The notes beneath the pieces were generated by a model. The model ran no database searches, was not told the DNA's origin, and saw nothing but the letters and a program-made list of their open reading frames with translations. From contig OX597814.1 in the NCBI GenBank assembly GCA_951406725.2, positions 3,720,001-3,784,000 on the forward strand: a stretch of 64,000 nucleotides of DNA, given 5' to 3'. Source of the DNA: Octopus vulgaris (taxonomy: Eukaryota). Of this stretch, positions 54,018 to 64,000 are shown one piece after another (the first letter of the stretch is position 1; each line of letters starts with the position of its first letter). Position numbers and translations under genes: made by a program.

Positions 54018-54246
54018 GAGTGTGTTTGAAAAAATGAGTAGAGATGGGTTTTTGTGTGGGATAATTCTTTTAAATCTTAATCATGCTTAAAGCGAGTTAA
54101 TCTGATATTAGTTTCGAGCTTCAAGTATCCGTTTTCAAATTGAAAAATATGTTTTACTAGTTGCTTAAATAGAAAAAGATTTTTTCTTACAAGTATACAT
54201 ACAAAAAATATATACACAAAATACGGAACATATATATATATATATA

Positions 54247-54367
54247 AAGTATTATTGGACGCTCAGGAAAGAAGGGAAGAAGGACGGTTTAACGTTTCGA
54301 GCGGAGCTCTTCGTCGGAAACAAAGGAGAAGGAAAGATTCCGAGAAGGGAAGACAGAGGGAAAAAAA

Positions 54368-54370
<3 letters not shown>
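54247..54370 (-). mobile_element. Second copy of the 53345 repeat with a variant hammerhead-like motif at 54287-54321
   Basis: Reverse-complement homology to 53345-53455. Confidence 0.65.
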
Positions 54371-54409
<39 letters not shown>

Positions 54410-54412
<3 letters not shown>

Positions 54413-54699
54413 CATGAAAGAGCAGAAAGAAAGAAAGAAGAGAAAGAATGAAAGAAAGGAAGGAAGAAAGAAAGAAAGCAAGAAAGAGAATCAGAGAGAA
54501 GGAAAAGAAAAGAAAGAAAGAAAGAAAGAAAGAAAAGAAAAAAGAAAGAAAGGAAGGAAAGAAGAGAAAGAAAGAAAGAAAGAAAGATAGAAAGAAAGAA
54601 AGAAAGAAAGCATGAAAGAGCAGAAAGAAAGAAGAGAAAGAATGAAAGAAAGGAAGGAAGAAAGAAAGCAAGAAAGAGAATCAGAGAGAAGGAAAAGAA

Positions 54700-54795
<96 letters not shown>

Positions 54796-54803
54796 AGGAA
54801 ACA

Positions 54804-54851
<48 letters not shown>

Positions 54852-55030
54852 AGAGAAAGAAAGAAAGGAAAGAAGAAGGAAGGGAAGTCAGGAAGAAAGA
54901 AAAAAGAAAGAAAGAAAGGAAGAAGGAAAGAAAGAACAGAAAGAAAGAAAAAGGAAGAAAGGAAAAAAGAAAGAAAGGAAGGAAGAAAGAAGGAAAGAAA
55001 GAAAACAATGAAGAAGAGATAAGGAGAGAT
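54410..55030. repeat. (GAAA)n polypurine tract with 198-bp duplication
   Basis: agcatgaaagagcagaaag occurs at 54411 and 54609. Confidence 0.92.
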
Positions 55031-55285
55031 GACGTATATGGCGGGACTGATGAGAAAGACAAATAGAAAAATGAACGGAGATGGGAGAGGAGAGAAAATT
55101 TCATCTACACACACACACAGCGATATAAGTAATTATCAGTAACAATTAAATTTGAAAATATGCACACTAATTTACGTATTTACTCAGAGCTGTACATTCA
55201 TATATGCTTCATACACAAGCCTTGAAACAATCGAAAGTAAACGGAAATATCTCATGTCAGAAAAATTTAAAGTTTTTCGAAATGT

Positions 55286-55669
55286 AGAGGCGCAATGGCC
55301 CAGTGGTTAGGGCAGCGGACTCGCGGTCATAGGATCGCGGTTTCAATTCCCAGACCGGGCGTTGTGGGTGTTTATTGAGCGAAAACACCTAAAGCTCCAC
55401 GAGGCTCCGGCAGGGGATGGTGGTGATCCCTGCTGTACTCTTTCACCACAACTTTCTCTCACTCTTACTTCCTGTTTCTGTTGTACCTGTATTTCAAAGG
55501 GCCGGCCTTGTCACACTCTGTGCCATGCTGAATATCCCCGAGAACTGCGTTAAGGGTACACGTGTCTGTGGAGTGCTCAGCCACTTACACGTTAATTTCA
55601 CGAGCAGGCTGTTCCGTTGATCGGATCAACCGGAACCCTCGTCGTCGTAACCGACGGAGTGCTTCCCAT
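55286..55669 (+). mobile_element. SINE family B, full length
   Basis: tRNA-like head ggcgcaatggcccagtggttagggcagcggactcgcgg; tail gtcgtaaccgacggagtgc; possible TSD gaaatg. Confidence 0.93.
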
Positions 55670-56429
55670 TGAAATGAATTATATTCTTAAACATATTTCT
55701 TTTCTGTCTTGTTAAAGTACTCCCTTATATTCATTGTTTACATATCTTTCATCATAGGAAAAGCGGTGATAGCCACATAACGGAGAAAGGGACGAAAATT
55801 TTCAAGTCTTTTTGTCGGCAATATCATTATTATGTAAACCAAACTAAATTACCAACAGTAAACTCCACAGACATTTTCTCACATTCTTTGGCGCAAGTCA
55901 TGACTAAAAATTACTTTTAAAATATGAAAGAATCGTGACACTTGACGGCCAGGTCCAGCAACGATTTAATAGAATAGACGGAGAAATTTTCAGTAACTAA
56001 CAAAGAAATTTTATACTTTGAACCCCAATAAAATACTAAAGCAATTTATATCAAATGTTCCACTCACATTTAACTCTCTTTTGAATCCAACTTTTCAAAT
56101 TATTTTTAATCTAAATTTAATAATTGTTAGTATAAGAATTATTCTTAGTTTTTATCAATAATATGGAGTGTACGCTATAGAGATACATTTACTAATTCTC
56201 TTTTTTGACGGTACGGGTATACTAGTATATGTGTGCCTGCCTATACGAACTATTCATCAAATATGACCACCTTTTACTACCTCCACTTCATAACTAGTAC
56301 AGTATTGGTGCAACACCTTCTACAGATCACCGTGAAAAGTAAGATGGCTTCCCATAATTCATTGCTACAATAAAGCCGAGATTCTTAAGAGGAAACGGTT
56401 TTTGCGGATAGCTAGAATAGATATGAAGC

Positions 56430-56961
56430 GGGAAGAGGAGGAGGAGGAGTAAGAGGAGGAGGAGAAGAAGAAGAAGAAGAAGAAGAAGAAGAAGAAGAAG
56501 AAGAAGAAGAAGAAGAAGAAGAAGGAGGAGGAGAAGAAGATGAAGATGAAGATGAAGATGATGAAAAAGGAGGCGAAGAAGAAGAAGAAGAAGAAGAAGA
56601 AGAAGAAGAAGAAGAAGAAGAAGAAGAAGAAGAAGGGAGGAGAAGAAGAAGATGAAGATGAAGATGAAGATGATGAAAAAGGAGGCGAAGAAGAAGAAGA
56701 AGAAGAAGGAGGAGAAGAAGAAGAAGAAGAAGAAGAAGAAGGGGAAGAGGAGGGAGAGGAGGGAGAGGAGAAGAAGATAACAATGATGATGATGATGATG
56801 ATGATGGAGCAGGAGGAGAAGATAATCGAAGATTATACTACAGATTATGTTACGATGACAATGCTGCTGCTGCTGCTCCTACCGATTATGATGATGATGG
56901 TGACGATGATGATGATGATCATGATCATGGCCGTGGTCGTGGTCGTGCTCGTGATGCTGTC

Positions 56962-56992
<31 letters not shown>

Positions 56993-57214
56993 TTTGTACG
57001 AAAGCTAGGCTAACGAAGTAAGAAGGCCATCAATCTTTCCAGAGTTGTCGCTTATGGCATTGATCAATCATAATGAATATGAATAGAAGAGGCAAACAGG
57101 AAGAAACACCCCCCTCCACACCACCCCTACACACACACACACACGATATATACGTACATATGTGCACATACGTTACATATATATACATACATATACATAC
57201 ATATAGACACATTT

Positions 57215-57260
<46 letters not shown>

Positions 57261-57340
57261 CTATATATACATATATATGTATATATATATATATACATAC
57301 ATATATATACATATATATGTATATATATATATATATATAG

Positions 57341-57373
<33 letters not shown>

Positions 57374-57765
57374 TGTATGTATGTATGTAACGATGCAAAT
57401 TTGTGAGTGTACGTGCGTATCCATGCATGTATATGTATATATATGTGTATGCGTGTATGAATGTATTATGTATGTATGTATCTATATGTATATAAAATAT
57501 GTACGTATGTATGCATGCATGTGTGTATGTATATGTATATATGTGTATGCGTGTATGTATGTATTATGTATGCATGCATGTATGAATCTATATGTATATA
57601 TAATATGTACGTATGTATGCGTGTATGTGTGTATATATATATGTACGTATTTATGTATGTGTGTATGTATCCGTGTATGTATGTATATATGTATGTATGT
57701 GTGTGTGTATGTATGTATGTATGTATGTATGTGTGTGTATGTGTGTATGTGTGTATGTATGTATA
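56430..57765. repeat. (GAA)n/(GAT)n and (TA)/(TGTA)n microsatellite cluster
   Basis: Directly visible. Confidence 0.9.
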
Positions 57766-58303
57766 ACAAGACATTTATCGTTCCCTGATAGCGAGATTCT
57801 GTTTTCTTATTTATTTGACATTTTTTCAACGTTGGAATATCGAAGACAGAAACGATAAATCGAGGATTTATTTCTCAAAATCACGTCTGTATTAGAGTCA
57901 CTACTTCACACACGCAAACACACGCAACGTAAGCGCATACACACACTAACACACACTAACACACACAGACACAAACGTACAAGCACAAACGTACACAAAT
58001 ACACACATACGCACGCACACAAACATGTCGGTAAACAATAATAAATACGAAAATTTACACTTTACTCAAAGTTAAGTATACCGCCATCTTCTCCTTGTCT
58101 CTAACACTCCCTCCCTCTTCCTCAATTTCTCTTCTTCCCCCTCATGTATCTCTCCTTCCCCTCTTTCTTTCCCTCACTTCCTCTCCTGCATCCCCTCTCT
58201 CCATGCATGTGTGTGTATCATGTGTGTCTGATGAAAGCAAACTAGCCGAAGCTTCGAAGTCACTGCCAAAATATTCCTCTTTAATTTAATGAATATATAC
58301 ATA

Positions 58304-58671
58304 GGCACAGGAGTGGCTGTGTGGTAAGTAGCTTGCTAACCAACCACATGGTTCCGAGTTCTTGGGCAAGTGTCTTCTGCTATAGCCCCGGGCCGACCAA
58401 AGCCTTGTGAGTGGATTTGGTAGACGGAAACTGAAAGAAGCCTGTCGTATATATATGTATGTGTGTGTGTCTGTATTTGCCCCCCTAGCATTGCTTGACA
58501 ACCGATGCTGATGTGTTTAGGTCCCCGTCACTTAGCGGTTCGGCAAAAGAGACCGATAGAATAAGTACTGGGCTTACAAAGAATAAGTCCCGGGGTCCAT
58601 TTGCTCGACTAAAGGTGGTGCTCTAGCATGGCCGCAGTCAAATGACTGAAACAAGTAAAAGAGTAAAAGAG
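58304..58671 (+). mobile_element. SINE family A copy
   Basis: Well preserved, with a small deletion after the B-box. Confidence 0.92.
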
Positions 58672-58883
58672 TGTGTAAGTTGTGTATGCATGTGCTATGT
58701 GTATACACACACAAACTCACGCGCGCATGTGTGTACATTATACACTGAACACCCTATTCCCGTAAAACGAAGAAATTATTCTCCTGCGACGTACACTACA
58801 GCAACGAGCATATTCCGTTTCTGAACCCGTTAAGAATGAATATGTAAATATGTAAATAACCTTTCCGCATCTCGATGTATACG

Positions 58884-59089
58884 TATTTCTTTATTACCCA
58901 CAAGGGGCTAAACATAGAGGGGACAAACAAGGACAGACATAGGTATTAAGTCGATTACATCGACCCCAGTGCGTAACTGGTACTTTAATTTATCGACCTC
59001 GAAAGGATGAAAGGCAAAGTCGACCTCGGCGGAATTTGAACTCAGAACGTAACGGCAGACGAAATAGCGCAAAGCATTTCGCCCGGCGT
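58884..59089 (-). mobile_element. SINE family C copy
   Basis: Body and tail; flanked by direct repeat atctcgatgtatacg (58869 and 59095), consistent with a 15-bp TSD. Confidence 0.9.
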
Positions 59090-59189
59090 TTTAAATCTCG
59101 ATGTATACGGTGCAAATAACGATATCTTCTGGCTATTTCATCATGTTGAACCGTTAAATCCTAAAAACATTTTTTTTTTTTCATTCTCT

Positions 59190-59335
59190 CTCCTTTTTTT
59201 TCTCCTAATCCTTTCTGTCGAAGTGCTTCGGCTCGAAACGTAAAATACTTTTCCATTATTCCCGAGTGCTAAACTAATACACCTGTTTGCTGTTCATACA
59301 CCTGTCTTCATCTTTTGATTTTCTGTAAATTTGAA
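59190..59335 (+). mobile_element. Short repeat (same family as 6550 and 9980) with a hammerhead-like motif at 59211-59246
   Basis: cttt-CTGTCGA-a-gtgc-ttcg-gctc-GAAA-cg-TA-aaat. Confidence 0.6.
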
Positions 59336-59354
59336 TTATATACATATACATATA

Positions 59355-59697
59355 CGGAGGAGACCCCTTTCGGTCATGAATAACCATGGGATTGCGCCTA
59401 GAAAGTTACCCTCCCAGGCACAAGTCCGGGCAAGGTTGTTTGTGGAAGGCCAGCACTCGCCCATGCATACCAGCCTCCTTTCTCCACACCACTGATGTTG
59501 TCCAAGGGAAAGGCAAAGGGGCCGATACAGCTTGGCACCAGTGACGTCACAACTAATTTCTCCAGCGGAGTTAACTGGAGCAACGTGCAATAAAGTGTCT
59601 TGCTCAAGAACACAACACGTAGCCCGGTCCAGGATTCGAGCTCACAACCTCACGATCGTAACCTCGACGTTCTAACCATCGTAAGCTCGACGCTCTA
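59355..59697 (-). mobile_element. SINE family D, near full length
   Basis: Homologous to 52608; the A-box segment is locally duplicated. Confidence 0.85.
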
Positions 59698-59715
59698 ATT
59701 ATCACTCTGTTTACT

Positions 59716-59815
<100 letters not shown>

Positions 59816-59928
59816 AATATATATTTATGTATATATATATATATATATATACACACAAATATATATTTAAGAAAATAGAGAGATGATTAATGAATTATTA
59901 TTTATTAATTAAAAAAGTTGACAAACAT

Positions 59929-60014
59929 CTCTTACAGTTGTTTCAAATTCAAGACCTTCAGAAAATTAATTAATAAAAATAAAAACCATTTGAAAGTCGA
60001 ATTTCTTCAGAGGT
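59929..60014 (-). ncRNA. Hammerhead ribozyme-like motif (long stem II)
   Basis: cct-CTGAAGA-aattc-gactttca...tgaaggtc-tt-gaatt-t-GAAA-caactg-TA-agag. Confidence 0.55.
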
Positions 60015-60383
60015 ACTTTAAGATATATAAAAATAGGGGGTCAATTCCTGCATGTTGAGTAAACGACTGCAAACCGTTAACTGATGAAATTTAGGCATAA
60101 AGAACATAGTATTAAACATGGTATAGACCTTTGAAAGGTGGGGGGGGGAGGTTGTGTATATTGGAGATGCAAAGTAAGAATAGATCTACTCTTAAATTAT
60201 CATCTCTCCATTTTCTTATCTTATTTCAATAAATAGATATATATATATATAGACCATGGTTTATATAGTTACCTTGCAGTTGAGTATCAAAGGTAATGTT
60301 CAACATTCTTTGTATAAGTAATAACTAACCAGTACTTTCATTGGATTATGCTTTCCCCCAATGAGGTTTCTAACCTTTATTAA

Positions 60384-60461
<78 letters not shown>

Positions 60462-60512
60462 TGTATGTATGTATATATGTATGTATGCATGTGTGTGTAT
60501 ATATACTTTATA

Positions 60513-60796
<284 letters not shown>

Positions 60797-60913
60797 AGGA
60801 TGGATAGATAGATAGGTAGAACTTAGTTGGAAATGGATGCGTGGGGTTCGATCATAAAATATAAATAATATATAAATATATGCATATCTACATATATATA
60901 TGTCCATACCTAC

Positions 60914-60967
<54 letters not shown>

Positions 60968-61177
60968 GCATATGAGTACAGGATATCACGAAAACGTGGA
61001 CAGCATGAGAAACGAGAACATAAAAAGCAAACACATAAAAAACGAACTTTTTTTCAAACAACAAAAAAAGACAAATAGCGAAACGAGACAGGCAACATAA
61101 AGAACAATCCCTTCATCAGTTGTCCCCTGTTTTATCTACTCCGCGTTTCGAACGTTGGGACAAGACGTGACTTCGCT

Positions 61178-61365
61178 GGAGTGGCTGTGTGGTAAGTAGC
61201 TAGGCGCAGGAGTGGCTGTGTGGTAAGTAGCTTGTTTACCAACCACATGGTTCCGGGTTCAGTCCCACTGCGTGGCACCTTGGGCAAGTGCCTTCTGCTA
61301 CAGCCCCGGGCCGACTAAAGCCTTGTGAGTGGATTTGGTAGACGGAAATTGAAAGAAGCCCGTCG

Positions 61366-61402
<37 letters not shown>

Positions 61403-61628
61403 ATGTGTATATGTGTGTGTTTGTGTTTGTCTCCCTAGCATTGCTTGACAACCGATGCTGGTGTGTTTATGTCCCCGTCACTTAGCGGTTCGGCAGAAGA
61501 GCCCGATAGAATAAGTACTGGGCTTACAAAGAATAAGTCCTGGGGTCGAGTTGCTCGATTAAAGGCGGTGCTCCAGCATGGCCGCAATCAAATGACTGAA
61601 ACAAGTAAAAGAGTAAAAGAGTAAAGAG
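61178..61628 (+). mobile_element. SINE family A, full length with a duplicated 24-bp head segment
   Basis: ggagtggctgtgtggtaagtagct occurs twice. Confidence 0.92.
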
Positions 61629-61648
61629 TATATATATATATGCACAAT

Positions 61649-61992
61649 CTTTTATTTGTTTCAGTCATTTGACTGCGGCTATACTGGAGCACCGATGTTA
61701 GTCCAACAAATTGCTTCCCAGAACTTATTCTCTGTAATTCTCGTACTTATTCTATCAGATTCCTTTGCCGAATCGCTAACTTACGGGGGATGTAAACACA
61801 CCGTCTTCGGTTGTCAACCGATGGTGGAGGGACAAACACAGACACACAAATACATGCATACACACGCATATCTATACATACAATGGGTTTCTTTCAGTTT
61901 CCGTCTACCAAATCTACTCTTTGGTTGGCCGAAGCTATAGGAAAAAAACACTTGCTCAAAGTGGTTGGGAAACAAACTTAACCACTCCTATG

Positions 61993-61995
<3 letters not shown>
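61649..61995 (-). mobile_element. SINE family A, older copy, tail-to-tail with the previous one
   Basis: Reverse-complement homology. Confidence 0.85.
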
Positions 61996-62081
<86 letters not shown>

Positions 62082-62575
62082 TATTGTTTGTTTGTATTCT
62101 ACCTGCCTTCGTCTTTTGTTTATTTTCATAAAGCTTCCCGTTATATACATATATATATATATACGTGCATATATATAGGGGGTAATTTGGAGCTCGAGGG
62201 GGTGTTTTAGAGCAAAGGGCTCTCTTGTACCAAATAGCACTCTTTCGATAGACATGTTGATCTCATAAGTGTCACGTGGTTGAAATAAACGCAATTACCA
62301 AACTTTCAATTTATTTACATTATTTACATTTGATGGATATTTGTCCTCATCTTGTTTGTTGTTAACACAACGTTTCGGCTGATATACCCTCCATAATTCT
62401 TCATCTCTTCAATATAGAACTGTATTTCAATTTATTATTATTATTTATTTTTTTGTTTTTGCATTTCAATTTCTACATCTCTACTCCCGGCTGCGTACCA
62501 GCGCTTATGGGAAACAACGTCCTTTACTTTTTAATCATTATCTGCCGATATCAAACTAAATAGTATATTGAAAAA

Positions 62576-62953
62576 TCTCTCTATATATAAACGGCAGTTT
62601 GTCTGTGCGTGTTTCTGTGTGTCTGTTTGCTTGTACCTTCACCCTGACCACGGCTTTCAACCGATTCTGATGAAACTTGACACACACATAGCCCAATGTC
62701 ATAATTCAAAACTAACGCAGCGAAAATTTTGAAAAGTTCCCCCAGTTCTGAAAAAGATCGGTAAATTCGACATGGGGTCGACAATCAGAAACACAAACCA
62801 CAGGGGACGCAACTCGACCTTTTTAACGATCAAAAAAAAATTTACCATCAATTTTTTTCCCCATTTCTTTTGCTATTTTTTGGCTATAACTCTCTAAAAT
62901 GCTTTATAGTTATTTCCCTTACAAACCCGAGCAACGCCGGGCGATACTGCTAG
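62576..62953 (+). mobile_element. Non-autonomous Helitron
   Basis: a|TCtctctatatataaa ... aaacccgagcaacgccgggcgatactgCTAG|t; subterminal hairpin; A|T target. Confidence 0.85.
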
Positions 62954-63078
62954 TACATTTTAAAACGGAACGTTTTGGTTTTAATATATTATTCATTATT
63001 TAGTTAAAGAGGAAAGAACAGCGCCCATAAATTCTTTTTTTCGATTTTTCGTTTTGTTTTGTTTTGTTTTTTGTCCTT

Positions 63079-63244
63079 GAGTGGCTGTGTGGTAAGTAGC
63101 TTGCTAACCAACCACATGGTTCCGGGCTCAGTCCCACTGCGTGGCATCTTGGGCAAGTGTCTTCTGCTATAGCCCCGGGCCGACCAATGCCTTGTGAGTG
63201 GATTTGGTAGACGGAAACAGAAAGAAGCCTGTCGTATATATGTG

Positions 63245-63275
<31 letters not shown>

Positions 63276-63497
63276 ATGTGTTTGTGTGTCTGTGTTTGTC
63301 CCCCTAGCATTGCTTGACAACCGATGCTGGTGTGTTTACGTCCCCGTCACTTAGCGGTTCGGCAAAAGAGACCGATAGAATAAGTACTGGGCTTACAAAA
63401 GAATAAGTCCCGGGGTCGATTTTCTCGACTAAAGGCGATGCTCCAGCATGGCCGCAGTCAAATGACTGAAACAAGTAAAAAGTAAGTAAAGTAAGTA
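63079..63497 (+). mobile_element. SINE family A copy
   Basis: Well preserved. Confidence 0.92.
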
Positions 63498-64000
63498 ACC
63501 CGGGATAAAAGGAGAGGTTTATTTTCAACTGATCTAAATGTTTGAAATAGAGTCAACTCTGCTAAAGTCACTCAAGTTCCAGGTCGTGGAGTTAAAGTGG
63601 ACGAAGGATTACATCTAACAGCCCAAGAATTTAGAAGACAAAAACCGCAACAAACACCCACGAGGTATTTCGCATCACGCCATAATCGCTCCGCCAATTC
63701 GCCACTTGTTCAAAAGTGTAAAAAGTTTCAGGTCTGCTCGATCAAAACTGACTTCAAACTAAACTACAACCGAAACAGAACGCAATCCCAAGTTCGTCTT
63801 CTTTCTATCAATTCTTTATAATTATTCTGACACAAAGCCATCAGATTTAGAGAGAAAGGAGGAGGGGAGTGAATCGATTATACCGATCAGTGTGTACCTC
63901 CATCTTATTTTCTTAATGGAATATTTCTCACCATTTGTAGTCCACAAGTCCATCGATGGCCAAAGAACACCATCCACAGCACCTATGTCATTTCTCAGGC

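Noticed and set aside
55288-55360. tRNA-like sequence
   Set aside because: It is the tRNA-derived head of SINE-B with no complete acceptor stem, not a tRNA gene; the same holds for the other SINE heads.
61100-61170. GAAAcgcg...CTGATGA on the minus strand (permuted hammerhead?)
   Set aside because: The required stems could not be paired in type II or III topology.

Overview
This is AT-rich, microsatellite-saturated animal genomic DNA, probably from an octopus (coleoid cephalopod). That assignment is inferred from the SINE families and repeat landscape and is not verified. I cannot confidently identify any host protein-coding gene. Almost all long ORFs in the track are artefacts of (CA)n, (TA)n, (TACA)n, (ATC)n and (CTT)n repeats. 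The window is a transposon mosaic. It holds four tRNA-derived SINE families (about 35 copies, including two 5-unit tandem arrays), several decayed Tc1/mariner transposases (mariner and DD37D/maT types), and CR1/L2-group, RTE, R4/Dong-like and L1/Tx1-like LINE remnants. It also has two non-autonomous Helitrons, a DINE-1/HINE-like element and two MITEs. The most notable signal is a population of about 14 well-formed (plus 4-5 decayed) type-I hammerhead-ribozyme-like motifs with the layout stemI-CUGANGA-stemII-GAAA-short, mostly palindromic stemIII-UH-stemI. They belong to several unrelated short repeat families, mostly next to (TA)n tracts and sometimes beside fold-back inverted duplications. 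This matches Penelope-like element pseudo-LTR remnants, and includes recurrent non-canonical cores (CCGACGA, CUGUNGA). All coordinates and base pairings were read by eye.
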